NCBI GenBank assembly: GCA_963422375.2
Contig: OY729428.2
Location: 512,001-576,000, forward strand
DNA length: 64,000 bases
Reading direction: 5' to 3'
DNA from: Bryobacterales bacterium
GTDB taxonomy: Bacteria > Acidobacteriota > Terriglobia > Bryobacterales > UBA6623
Position numbers and translations under genes: made by a program. Within the stretch, counting starts at the first letter, position 1; every line of letters starts with the position of its first letter. This document shows, piece after piece, positions 33,510-43,820 of this stretch. The notes beneath the pieces were generated by a model. It was not told the origin of the DNA. It saw only the letters and a program-made list of their open reading frames with translations, and ran no database searches.

Positions 33510-34909
33510 CGCCCATTCAACTCCGAAGTGCGACACGCGGGTAAGGGGCGGTGGGCTGGGATACTAGGACCGCAGTAGCAGATCCAGCGGCGCCGGACAA
33601 GCCGCTGCCGGGCCGAAGCGGGGGGCCGCGTCCCGGGCAGGCGGGCATGCGTGCCCCGTTTCCGGAACGGGGACCCTCCGGGCCTTGCGCAGGGAGCGGA
33701 GCGACCGCAGCAAGGCCCGGAGGGTCGAATCCGCGCCTGTCCGGGCGCAGCTCCCCCGTGCCCCTGTCCGGGGCACCCGCTCCCGCTCCGCCGGGAAGAC
33801 TTCCTCCGGCGTGCGCCCGCCCGGCACCTTCCGCGGACGCCGGTTCAGGCGGTCCCGCGCCTCCCGCACCCGGGCCGGGTCCGCCCGCCGCAGGTCCGTC
33901 CCCTGCGGGCAGTACTGCCGCGGCAGCCCGTTGGCATGCTCGTTCAGCCCGCGCTCCCAGGAGTGGCAGGGCCGCGCGCAGCAGAAGCCCGCCCCCAGCC
34001 GCTGCGCCACCTCCCGGTGCCCCGCGAACTCCTTGCCGCGAACTCCTTGCCGTTGTCGGCCGTGATCGCGTGCGTCACGGCCCCGCTCCCTGCGAGCATG
34101 GCCGTCATCGCCGCCCCGACCAGCTGCGCCGTGCGCCGGCTCACCGGCTGCACTAGCAGGTACTGAGAGAACCGGTCCACCAGCGTCACCAGCGCCCCGC
34201 GGCGCTGCCCGCCGATCACGGTGTCGGCCTCCCGGTCGCCGCCGCGCGCATTCGCTCGCGCCTCCGCCGGGCGCTCCGCGATGTCCGCGCGCCCCGGGAT
34301 CAGGCCGCGGCCCGCCGTCCGGCCGACCCGCCGGACGCGCTTGCGGCCGCCCTGCCTCGGGTGCCGGTACAGCCGGCCCCCCTGCCGCCGCTCCGCGCGC
34401 ACCAGCTGGTAGATCCGTTCAGGGCTGATCTCCAGCGCCCCTTCCCGCTGCAGCCGCGCCGCGACCTGCTCCGGGCTCCTGCTCCGGGCTCCAGTCCTGC
34501 CGCAGGCAGTCCTCGCTCCGCGTCCGCAGCGCCGACGTCAGCTGGCGCGGCCGGCACGACGCCGCGCGCCGCCGCCGCTCCGCGCGCTCCTGCGCGCTCC
34601 CCAAGCTGTAGCTCGCCGCGCGCTCGCCTTCCGCCGGTCGGCCGTTGCGGCCCACTTCCCGGTAGATCGTGGCCCGCTTGCGGCCCGGCTGCCCGGCGAT
34701 CCTGTCCGCTCCCCAGCCCGCCGCCCGCAGCGTCTCGCTCCGGCAGCGCTCCTCCTGCGTCACGTGCGTGTAGCTCTTCCGCATCTGCCTCCCTGCTCCT
34801 TCCAGCACCTACCAGCCTACTGCCGCGACACCACCGCTCGCTGCCCCCCCTCTCCCCTCCCTGCCATCTTGTGGCTCGGCGCCTGTCGCACTTCGGAGTT
34901 GAATGGTCG
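33510..34909 (-). mobile_element. IS30-family element, transposase frameshifted
   Basis: 26-bp TIRs CGCCCATTCAACTCCGAAGTGCGACA / TGTCGCACTTCGGAGTTGAATGGTCG; 'YTHVTQEER', 'TIYREVGRN', 'WSPEQ', 'EADTVIG', 'ITADNGKEF', 'SWERGLNEHANGL.RQY', 'LNRRPRK'. Confidence 0.9.
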
Positions 34910-35303
34910 TTGAGTTTTGAGATGGTCGCGCCACGGCCGTGCGGACCGGCGCAGTAGTTCTCCAAGCAACTCCCCAATCTAAGCCGATAGAGCTTGCACA
35001 CTCTGGAGTTCTTGCGATCAAGACGCTCGGGAAGTCCGATGAATTTCGACTTGATTTTGAGTTTAACAAGATTGTGAATTCTTGGCACTTTTCCGAGGTG
35101 CAGATCAATTCAATGCAACAACGCACACAGATTGGAATGGCGGATCATCTTTCCTCCAGTGGTCACAATCTAGCTCAGTTTATTGAATTCCTTAGAAGAC
35201 GCCATCCTCGTCAGATGCGTTGGGATCTGTCAACCCTTCATCCATGGATACCAGGGTTTCAAGATTTCGAAGTTCGCTCAGATACCAATGATACTATTCG
35301 ATT

Positions 35304-36812
35304 GGGAATTATATATCTGAGTGCCGACAACGCCATATCCGACTAGAACTGCTGTGAGCAGGGAGGTGGGTGTCGAGCTGGGGTCATGCGAGTGCGGCCG
35401 CGGCGGGCACAGAGGGGTGGGGGGGTGGGATCGTATCTGAATCGAGCCTGCCAGCGGATTGGACGAGGAAGGGACTAGAGAGGCCGCATCGCATGCCCCG
35501 GTGGAACCCGGTTTACGGTGGAAGGGCACCCCTTGCAAGCCGCTTGCAGGCCCTGCGAGGGGCGAAGACAGCGGATCCCCGGCGCTCGACGGCCTGCATG
35601 GCCGGTCCGGACCGGGCTGGGGTCGCGCCGGGGCATTCCGGATCCGGTGCGCCCCTCGCACCGAGCGTGAAGCGCGCGCCCGCAGCGGGCTGCCGCGCTC
35701 GGCGCGGCGGGCGCCGCTCAGGCCGCGACCGCGGCCTGGCCGGTCAGCTGCCGGCAGGTCAGCGTCCGGCCGACCAAGCCCCGCGCCATGCGCCGCATTT
35801 GTTCCGCCGTGTCGCAGTCGCGGTCGTTGCACCGTCCCGCGAACTCCGTGAGGTAGCGGCCGAGATGACGGACGCTCATCCGGTGATAGGTTCCGTACAG
35901 GCCGCGCTTGAACAGGGACCGGAACGATTCGATGCCGTTCGCATGCGCCGCCCCGCGCACGTACTCGCCGCCGGAGTGCCTGACGGCTTCGTGCGGGAAC
36001 TCCTCCATGCCGGCGTAGGCCGCCGCCTCGTCGGAGCGGACCTGCGCCCCCGGCGCAACGCGGGCGCGCACGAAGCCCTGCAGGTCGCCCTTGGCGGTGC
36101 CCGGCAGCGGCCGCGCGGCCACTGCGTTCGTGGCGCGGTCCCGCGCCCCCGCCACGGGCGTCTTGCCGACGGGCCCGCGCCCGGCGCGGGCCTTCTTCCT
36201 CTCGTGCTTGTTGCGCTCCTTGCCGCCGACGCAGGTCTCGTCCACCTCCACCGGGCCGGCGAACAGGCCCCGATCCCGCTCCCGGCACGCGCGGATGCGG
36301 TGCGCCAGGTGCCAGGCCGACTTCCGGCTGATGCCCGGGTCGCGGTGCAGCTTCATGCTCGCGACGCCCTTGATGCCGGTGGTCAGCAGGAACAGGGCCA
36401 CGGCCCGGGTGCGGTAGCCGAGCTCGGTGTCGGCCATCACGCTGCCGGTGCGCACCGAAAAGCGCTTGCCGCAGCCGCGGCAACGGTACGGCATCGAAGG
36501 GTGGGCCGCGTCGGACTGCACGCTGGAGCCGCGGCAGCGGGGGCACGCGGGACCGCCCGGCCAGCGCATGGAGGCGAACCACTTTTCCGCGGATTCGTCA
36601 TCGGGGAACATGGCGATCACTTCGATCAATGTGATGCCTTTACGGAACCACTTTCCGGGACCTGATTTCTTCATTTACGGTATCCCCTACTGGAACTATT
36701 CTACCAAGAAACACTACAGAATGTCAACGGAAAGTCGGAAGAAATATGAAATCTTATTATGGCTTGATAATTTGCCGACTTGATTCCCTCGGAACTCAGA
36801 TATATAATTCCC
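35304..36812 (-). mobile_element. IS1595-family element, copy 1 (complete)
   Basis: TIRs GGGAATTATATATCTGAGT / ACTCAGATATATAATTCCC; 8-bp target duplication ATTCGATT (35296-35303, 36813-36820). Confidence 0.93.
35718..36674 (-). CDS. IS1595-family transposase (open frame, several conserved residues substituted)
   Basis: Zn ribbon 'CPRC...YRCRGCGKRFSV', 'GPVEVDET', 'SDE', 'NGIESF.SLFKRG..GTYH..S..HL.RY..EF'. Confidence 0.88.
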   Translation of the reverse strand: MKKSGPGKWFRKGITLIEVIAMFPDDESAEKWFASMRWPGGPACPRCRGSSVQSDAAHPSMPYRCRGCGKRFSVRTGSVMADTELGYRTRAVALFLLTTGIKGVASMKLHRDPGISRKSAWHLAHRIRACRERDRGLFAGPVEVDETCVGGKERNKHERKKARAGRGPVGKTPVAGARDRATNAVAARPLPGTAKGDLQGFVRARVAPGAQVRSDEAAAYAGMEEFPHEAVRHSGGEYVRGAAHANGIESFRSLFKRGLYGTYHRMSVRHLGRYLTEFAGRCNDRDCDTAEQMRRMARGLVGRTLTCRQLTGQAAVAA

Positions 36813-37093
36813 ATTCGATTATACCTGAAGGACATGAGCTTCTGTGAACCATACAGCGTCGAGAGAGCCTCCAATGGAGCTCTATTGCGAATGGCTCATG
36901 TACTCCTGCTGTACGATCGGAGTCCGTATCCACTGTTGGTTATCTCACACCCATCTACGTGTCTAAATTCGGTGAATCTAGAAGAATTTATAGAGGAATT
37001 CCGTACATATACCGAGCCATCTTAGCAGGTGCTTCTATCAACAATATCCTGCGATCTACTGGATCACGTTGCATTAGAAGAAGTATTTTATTT

Positions 37094-38015
37094 GGGAATT
37101 ATATAGTGCTTGTGACAAAATCCCTGAATTCTGGCCTGATCAGCATTTCATACTACATCCTGATGTCGGATGGATCTCCAAACACAACATATAGGGCCCA
37201 AGGTCGGAAGTTGCTCAGACGCCAATCGCGAAGATTTCCGCGCTCTACCCAGAATTGGCAGGATTTCGGACTAGTCGTAGCATTCCAGTGAAATCTTCGC
37301 CTTGAGAGATTGGACCTAACGCCTTTGCTGTCAAGGGGATACGAGTTTTGTCACAGGCACTATATATCTGAGTGCCGACAACGCCATGTCCGACTAGAAC
37401 TGCTGTGAGCAGGGAGATCGGTGTCGAGCTCGGGTCATTCGAGTGCGGCCGCGGCGGGCGCAGAGGAGTGGGGGGTGGGATCGTATCTGAATCGAGGCTG
37501 CCAGCGGATTTGACGAGGAACGGACTAGAGAGGCCGCCTCGCATGCCCCGGTTGTCCCGGTGGAACCCGGTTGGCGGTGGCAGGGCACCCCTTGCAAGCC
37601 GCTTGCAGGCCCTGCGAGGGCCGAAGGCAGCGGATCCCCGGCGCTCGACGGCCTGCATGGACGGTCCGGGCCGGACCGGGGTCGCACCGGGGCATTCCGG
37701 ATCCGGTGCGCCCCTCGTACCGAGCGTGCAGCGCACCGAGCGTGCAGCGCGCGCCCGCAGCGGGCTGCCGCGCTCAGCGCGGCGCGCGCCGCTCAGGCCG
37801 CAACCGCGGCCTTGCCGGTCAGCTGCCGGTAGGTCAGCGTCCGGCCGGCCAAGCCCCGCGCCATGCGCCGCATCTGTTCCGCCGTTGTTCCGCCGTGTCG
37901 CAGTCGCGGTCGTTGCGCCGTCCCGCGAAATCCGTGAGGTACCGGCCGAGATGACGGACGCTCATCCGGTGATAGGTTCCGTACAGGCCGCGCTTGAACA
38001 GGGACCAAAACGATT
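37094..38015 (-). mobile_element. IS1595-family copy 2 (3' part only; terminal repeat interrupted by the MITE)
   Basis: GGGAAT-TATATA-[MITE]-TATATA-TCTGAGTGCCGAC; 37367-38015 is homologous to about 35316-35929. Confidence 0.88.
37106..37360. mobile_element. 255-bp MITE, copy 2 (inverted relative to copy 1)
   Basis: TIRs GTGCTTGTGACAAAA / TTTTGTCACAGGCAC; 6-bp duplication TATATA (37100-37105, 37361-37366). Confidence 0.9.
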
Positions 38016-38975
38016 GGAAATTATATATCTGAGTGCCGAGGGAATCAAGTCGGCAAATTATCAAGCCATAATAAGATTTCATATTTCTTCCGACTTTCCG
38101 TTGATATTCTGTGGTGTTTCTTGGTAGAATATTTCCAGTAGTGGATACCGTAAATGAAGAAAAAAGGCCCCGGAAAGTGGTTCCGTAAAGGCATCACATT
38201 GATCGAAGTGATCGCCATGTTCCCCGATGACGAATCCGCGGAAAAGTGGTTCGCCTCCATGCGCTGGCCGGACGGTCCCGCGTGCCCCCGCAGCCGCGGC
38301 TCCAGCGTGCAGTCCGGCGCGGCCCACCCTTCGATGCCGTACCGTTGCCGCGGCTGCGGCAAGCGCTTTTCCGTGCGCACCGGCAGCGTGATGGCCGACA
38401 CCGAGCTCGGCTACCGCACCCGGGCCGTCGCCCTGTTCCTGCTGACCACCGGCATCAAGGGTGTCTCGAGCATGAAGCTGCACCGCGACCGACCTAGGCG
38501 TCAGCCGGAAGTCGGCCTGGCACCTGGCGCACCGCATCCGCGCGTGCCGGGAGCGGGATCGGGGCCTGTTCGCCGGCCCGGTGGAGGTGGACGAGACCTG
38601 CGTCGGCGGCAAGGAGCGCAACCAGCACGAGAGCAAGAAGGCCCGCGCCGGGTGCGGGCCCGTCGGCAAGACCCCGGTGGCGGGCGCGCGCGACCGCGCC
38701 ACGAACGCAGTGGCCGCGCGGCCGCTGCCGGGCACCGCCGAGGGCGACCTGCAGGGCTTCGTGCGCGGCCGGGTCGCGCCGGGCGCGCAGCTCTACTCCG
38801 ACGAGGCGGCGGCCTGCGCCGGCATGGCGGAGTTGTCGCACGAAGCCGTCAGGCACTCCGGCGGCGAGTACGTGCGCGGGGCAGCGCATACGAACGGCAT
38901 CGAATCGTTTGGGTCCCTGTTCAAGCGCGGCCTGTACGGAACCTATCACCGGATGAGCGTCCGTCATCTCGGCCG
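38016..38975 (+). mobile_element. IS1595-family copy 3 (left end plus frameshifted, truncated transposase), opposite orientation
   Basis: Starts GGAAATTATATATCTGAGTGCCGAGGGAATC; ORFs 38154 and 38581 match the copy 1 transposase; CGAC duplication frameshift near 38490. Confidence 0.88.
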
Positions 38976-39519
38976 ACGCCTACTGGGGCGGGGAGCGGAC
39001 CGGCGGCAAGCGCGGGCGCGGCGCGGCGGGCAAGACGCCGTTCGTCGCCGCCGTGCAGGTCACCGCCGCCGGCAAGCCGGACAGGATGCGCATGAGCGGC
39101 GTGGCGGGCTTCCGCCAGAAGACGCTGGCAGCGTGGGCCGGGCGGCACTTGCAGCCCGGCACGGAGGTGCATTCCGACGGCCCGGCCTGCTTCCGGGGCG
39201 TGGCCGACGCCGGCTGCGAGCACGTGCCGACCGTCACCGGAGGCGGGCAGCGGAGCTGCGCGGATTCCCGCTTCGTCCGGGTCAACGTCCGGGTCAGCAC
39301 GATGCTGGCGAACGTCAAGCAGTCCCTGGCGGGAACCTGCCATGCGCTCGACGGCAAGCACCTGCCGCGCTACCTCGCCGAGTTCTGCTACCGCTTCAAC
39401 CGCCTCAACCGCCGCTACGATCTGGAGGCGCTGGTCCCCCGCCTGCTCCACGCCTCCGTGCGCACCCCGCCCATGCCTTACCGCCTTCTAACCTTGGCTG
39501 AGTCTTGTGGGTAATCAGG
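38976..39519 (+). mobile_element. 3' fragment of a second IS1595-family type (ISSod11-like)
   Basis: 'GKTPFVAAVQ', 'HSDG.ACF', 'TMLANVKQSLAGTCHA...KHLPRYLAEFCYRFNR..RYDL'; end GGCTGAGTCTTGTGGGTAATCAGG. Confidence 0.8.
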
Positions 39520-39831
39520 TACACGAATGCGTCGCACGAGCCCACCGGTCAGGAGCGACATCAGCCGATGCCGTCCTGCTCGCGCTCCCAGACGCACCGG
39601 CGGGTTCCCCGGCTTGATCACCTATTCGCTACGAAACAATCAGATCTCCGCTCTCGGCCAACTGGCGACGCCCCTCCTCTGTGGATCTAGGTGCAGCCCC
39701 GCTCTCGCAAGCAATGGCGTCATCGCAGGTCACGATTCTTCTCTGAACTTCCGAGTCTGCAGTCGCCGCGTCCCCTCAATAGAGGCCCTTGACCCAGCCC
39801 AGCGCCGGCCGGAGTGGGAAACTGAAGGGCG

Positions 39832-41139
39832 ATGCCGCCGATCGCCCGATCACTCCGGACCGCCGCGCTCCTGCTCCTGGCACTCGCGACATTCGTTCGC
39901 GCGGAAGTCGAGCAGTTCTCGATCGTGCATCTCAACGACCTGCACGCCCGCCTGCTGCCTGACGAGCGAGGCATGGGAGGCTTCGCCCACGTCGCTGCCG
40001 CGATCCAGCGCGAGCGCGAGTCCGGCGGGAAAGTGATCGTCCTTCATGCCGGCGACATGGTGCAAGGCTCGCCGGTATCGACGATCTTCAAAGGCACGCC
40101 GGTCTTCGAAGTCGCCAACCGCCTCGGCATCGACGCGCTCTGCCTTGGCAATCACGAATTCGACTACGGCTGGCATCGCATCCTGGACTTCCAGCGGGTT
40201 TCCGACGCGCCGATCCTGTGCGCCAACGTCCGCAATGCCCGCGGCGAGACGCTGGTGCCGCCAGCGAAGGTCCTGACCGCAGGCAAGCTTGACATCGCCG
40301 TCATCGGAGCGCTGACCCAGAGGCTTAGATCCCTGATCAAGCCCGACCAGGCCGGCCCGTGGCGCACCGAAGCACTTGTGCCTTCGCTATCGCCCGTAGT
40401 GAGCGAGATGCACCGACGCGCCGACGTGGTGGTGGTCCTGGGCCATCTCTTCGACGACGAGGACGAGCTCGTGCTGCGCGAACTCGAGGACGTTGACATT
40501 CTAGTCAGCGGCCACGACCACGGCGGACGCGACGAGGAATTGCTGGTCGACGGGCGGATCGGCGTGAAGCTGCGTCCGTACGGCCGCGAGATTGGACGAC
40601 TGGACGTCTGGTTCGACAGCGAGCGAGGCCGGGTGGTGCGCCACGCATGGCAGCGCATCCCCGTGTGGGCGAGCAGATACCCGGCGGACCCGGCCACGAA
40701 GCGGCTCGTGGACGAATGGGAGACCAAGGTCTCGCAACAAGTAGACATCGACATCGGGCACTGCAGCCGCGATCTCGACCGAGGCGAGGTGAAGGCGCTG
40801 GTCGAGCGCGCGATCATCGATCGAACGGGCGCGGAAATCGCTTACATGAACCGAGGCGGCGTCCGCGACTCGCTATCCCGCGGCACGGTCAAGGCCAGGC
40901 ATGTCTGGAACATCCTGCCGTTCGACAACGAGCTAGTCGAGGCCAGCATTCCGGGACGCCTCCTACCGAGGGAGTACGCCGGCGGCCGGTCCCTGGATCC
41001 CGGCCGGACCTACCGGTTCGTCACCAACGATTACGTGGCTGGTCAATGGAGGGACCGAGCGGTCCGGTTCCGGCCCGTCGGACAGGTCCTGCGGGACACG
41101 TTCCTAGAGTGGATCAAGTCCCGGAAGACGATCCCCTGA
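39832..41139 (+). CDS. Secreted bifunctional metallophosphatase/5'-nucleotidase
   Basis: 'HLNDLH', 'AGDMVQGS', 'LGNHEFDYG', 'SGHDH', C-terminal 'NRGGVR..L..G.V...V..ILPFDN'. Confidence 0.9.
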   Translation: MPPIARSLRTAALLLLALATFVRAEVEQFSIVHLNDLHARLLPDERGMGGFAHVAAAIQRERESGGKVIVLHAGDMVQGSPVSTIFKGTPVFEVANRLGIDALCLGNHEFDYGWHRILDFQRVSDAPILCANVRNARGETLVPPAKVLTAGKLDIAVIGALTQRLRSLIKPDQAGPWRTEALVPSLSPVVSEMHRRADVVVVLGHLFDDEDELVLRELEDVDILVSGHDHGGRDEELLVDGRIGVKLRPYGREIGRLDVWFDSERGRVVRHAWQRIPVWASRYPADPATKRLVDEWETKVSQQVDIDIGHCSRDLDRGEVKALVERAIIDRTGAEIAYMNRGGVRDSLSRGTVKARHVWNILPFDNELVEASIPGRLLPREYAGGRSLDPGRTYRFVTNDYVAGQWRDRAVRFRPVGQVLRDTFLEWIKSRKTIP

Positions 41140-41200
41140 CTGCCCAGCGGCGAGCGAAGACGAATGCCTCGCGGCCGTCGCGATTGGCCCGCCACCGGGC

Positions 41201-41632
41201 CTACTGCCCCCGACGCTCCTTGTCGTACGGCGCGCCGGTACCCGACGAGCCGAGGAAGAACTTGCTCCCGTCCTCGAAGGTCACGTCCCGTCCGTTGGCC
41301 CGGTTCGACCGATCCTTGGCCTGGTAGCCGTCCACGATCACCACCTGCCCGATCTTGATGGTGTCGCGCTTGAGCCCCCTGCGCAAGAGACTGTTGGGCG
41401 TGCCGCCCTCCACCATCCAGACTTCCTTCTTGCCTTCGTCGGTAGTGACCTCCAAGTGAATCCACGTGTGCGGATTCACCCACTCCACGCGCACCACCGG
41501 GCCCGTGAGCTTGAGCGGCCGGTTCGGGTCGAATTCCGCACCGAAGGCGTGATGCGCGTACATCGGCGCCGCGACCGCCGCCAGCAGGGCCGCCCCCGCC
41601 ACGATCCACTTCGAACGAGCTTGTCTGGCCAT
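41201..41632 (-). CDS. DUF6152-family protein
   Basis: Signal peptide then 'AHHAFGAEFD......LTGPVVRVEWVNPHTWIHL'. Confidence 0.8.
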   Translation of the reverse strand: MARQARSKWIVAGAALLAAVAAPMYAHHAFGAEFDPNRPLKLTGPVVRVEWVNPHTWIHLEVTTDEGKKEVWMVEGGTPNSLLRRGLKRDTIKIGQVVIVDGYQAKDRSNRANGRDVTFEDGSKFFLGSSGTGAPYDKERRGQ

Positions 41633-41666
41633 GGTTCCGTGCTCCTCGCCTTTCGATTGCAGCGGA

Positions 41667-42722
41667 CTAGTCGTCATCCGACTCCCCGAGCATGTCGGCC
41701 TCCAAGATCCTCGCACCGCGCAGGATGCCGCCGAACGAGTAATTGGCCTCGTGGCAGGCGTACTCGTAGACCCTGCTACCGGTCGCCGGCCACACGTACT
41801 CCCCGCTCCAGGGCTCGGTCCAGACGGTCGGGTCGTTCACTGTGAAGCTGTAGCGCAGCGTGTCCGCGTCAATCCGGCTGAAGCGCTCGACCACGTGCAG
41901 GTTCCTCGAGGCAGCGCCCAGCGCGGGCCGGTCGGAGAAATTAGTGGTGTCGACCACTAGGGTGTCGCCCTCCCAGCGCCCGACCGAATCGCCCAGCCAG
42001 CTACGGACGTCCTCCGGGGCGTGCTCGGCATTCATGCGGATAATGCGCGCGTCATGCACCATCTCGACGAGGATCATGATGTGGTCATCCGTCTGGACGA
42101 TGCGCTTGAGGTTGTTGTATAGGACCGGCAGCATCGGAGGCCCGCCCGTCGATCCGAATCCCAATAGGCACCGTTCCGCGAGTGGCCGCAGTTCGGGGTC
42201 GTCGTAGGGCCCCGGATCGAGACCTTCCTTGATCCACCACGCCTCCCCCTTGTTCGCACGGCTCATCTTCCTCCGCGCGACCACCCGCTGCTTGGCCTCG
42301 GGCGTCATTTCGGGCTGCCGACCGTTCGCCGGGTCCGTGATGATCGAGGTGCGCCATTTCCCGTCGATCCTGAACGCCCCGGATCCGCGGTCGATCCAGA
42401 ACGAGTTGTATCCGCCGACATTGCCGGCCGCGCCGGTCGAGCCGTCGCCGCCCTTTGGCGGCGCTCCCCTTTCGGGGTCCGAAGCCGCGTTCCTCTTCGC
42501 CATGGACTCGGCTTCCCTGCGGGCGATCTCGGCGGCCTCCTCGTCGGTCAGGGTCAGCTTGTCTCCGTACCTCGCGGGCCGCTGCAGCGGCGTCAGCGTC
42601 GCGATGTCGTAGGTGCCCGACAGGTCGGGATGCCCCGAGGCCGTTCTCGGTATGTCCGCGCCGAGCGACGGCGCGATGGCGAGCGCCGCGATGGCGCAGG
42701 AAATCAGGATTCGGTCCAGCAT
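41667..42722 (-). CDS. Exported hypothetical protein (DUF6152-associated family)
   Basis: 'IPRTASGHPDLSGTY', 'WLGDSVGRWEGDTLVVDTTNF', 'LHVVERF', 'YEYACHEAN'. Confidence 0.8.
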   Translation of the reverse strand: MLDRILISCAIAALAIAPSLGADIPRTASGHPDLSGTYDIATLTPLQRPARYGDKLTLTDEEAAEIARREAESMAKRNAASDPERGAPPKGGDGSTGAAGNVGGYNSFWIDRGSGAFRIDGKWRTSIITDPANGRQPEMTPEAKQRVVARRKMSRANKGEAWWIKEGLDPGPYDDPELRPLAERCLLGFGSTGGPPMLPVLYNNLKRIVQTDDHIMILVEMVHDARIIRMNAEHAPEDVRSWLGDSVGRWEGDTLVVDTTNFSDRPALGAASRNLHVVERFSRIDADTLRYSFTVNDPTVWTEPWSGEYVWPATGSRVYEYACHEANYSFGGILRGARILEADMLGESDDD

Positions 42723-42870
42723 GACAGGCTCTCCGCAACATGCAGTTCGGCGGCGGCGCGCGAGGGACGGGCCGACGCGCCCTCCGAGCGCGGAAGACAG
42801 AACGGTGCCTCCGCAAGCGCGGGGGCAGCGAGCGCATGACGATTGTCCCTGCGCATGGCGCTCCCCCGTT

Positions 42871-43710
42871 CTACCTCTCCAGCGGCCTGCGCCGGTACTC
42901 GCCGTACATCAGTTCCTCAACGAACTCGACGCACTTGAAGTCCATGATGCGTGCGTCCGCTTCCATCCGCCGGTACAGCGGCAGGGAAATCTTCCACGGG
43001 CGCGTGAAGACCTCGGGATCCTCGATCTCGGCATCGTAACGGATGTGGTTCGGCGATGTCAGCGTGTACCGCTCGACCACGCGCAGCTGGTTGCTGTGGT
43101 GCGTGCCGGAACGGTCGAACCACGTCTGGTCGGTGAAGCCGGTGACCTCGACCACGAGAGTGTCCCCTTCCCAGCGCCCCGCCGACTGGCCCATCCACGC
43201 GTCGGTCTCGGCCGGCCCTACATCGTTCATGTAGATCTCGCGCACCGCCCCGGCGTACTCGTACGCGATGAACACCGAGCTGTCGTTGTGGAAGATCTGG
43301 AACGGGAAGGGCATGTAGGTAGCGCGCGGCACGCCGGGCAGGTAGCAATGGACCTCCGGGTCCCGCTCGATCCAGTGCTTCCGGTTCTCTTCCCGCTTCG
43401 CCGCGGCTTCAGGCTGGTACGGGATCTTCCCGCCCTCGACGACGCCCATCCCGCCAGGCACCGCGCCCACGGCCCCCAAGCGCAGCACCGGCACCGCCGG
43501 CAGGGGCCCGTGAGGTCCGTCGCGGAGCATCATCGCCGGGCGGGCGACATGGCGCTCCACGTCGTAGTGGGCCGAGCCGACGGCTTGCCAGATCCCGTTG
43601 AGGTCGGGCTTTCCGTTCGCGAGTCGCGGCGGTTCGAAGCCGGAGTCTTGGGCCGCCGCCGGGGCAATCCCCGCGACAGCCGCCAGCGCCAAAGCGAGCA
43701 GTCGGGTCAC
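42871..43710 (-). CDS. Exported hypothetical protein, paralog of the preceding gene
   Basis: 'PRLANGKPDLNGIWQ', 'CYLPGVPRA', 'WMGQSAGRWEGDTLVV', 'IEDPEVFTRPW'; GTG start near 43710. Confidence 0.8.
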   Translation of the reverse strand: MTRLLALALAAVAGIAPAAAQDSGFEPPRLANGKPDLNGIWQAVGSAHYDVERHVARPAMMLRDGPHGPLPAVPVLRLGAVGAVPGGMGVVEGGKIPYQPEAAAKREENRKHWIERDPEVHCYLPGVPRATYMPFPFQIFHNDSSVFIAYEYAGAVREIYMNDVGPAETDAWMGQSAGRWEGDTLVVEVTGFTDQTWFDRSGTHHSNQLRVVERYTLTSPNHIRYDAEIEDPEVFTRPWKISLPLYRRMEADARIMDFKCVEFVEELMYGEYRRRPLER

Positions 43711-43820
43711 GTCATCCAACACGATACCACCGACGCGGAGGCGGCGCACTCCGGGGAGGCACGCCAAGCCGGGCGGTCGACCGCGCGCGCGGCCCAGACC
43801 ATTCCGCTCCGGCGCGCGGT

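Larger units (their letters stand above)
33138..37093 (+). pseudogene. ABC/AAA_21-type ATPase gene disrupted by IS30 and IS1595 insertions
   Basis: Three collinear pieces: 33138-33509 (Walker A 'LVGGHGTGKST'), 34910-35303 ('LAIKTLG', 'HLSSSGHNLAQF') and 36821-37093 ('ASNGALL..VLLLYD..PYPLL', 'EEFRTY', '*QVLLSTIS'); internal stops present. Confidence 0.8.

Noticed and set aside
34918..34920. In-frame TGA in the ATPase gene as a second selenocysteine codon
   Set aside because: No Cys/redox context; the gene is broken by IS elements and also has a TAG stop, so this is ordinary decay.
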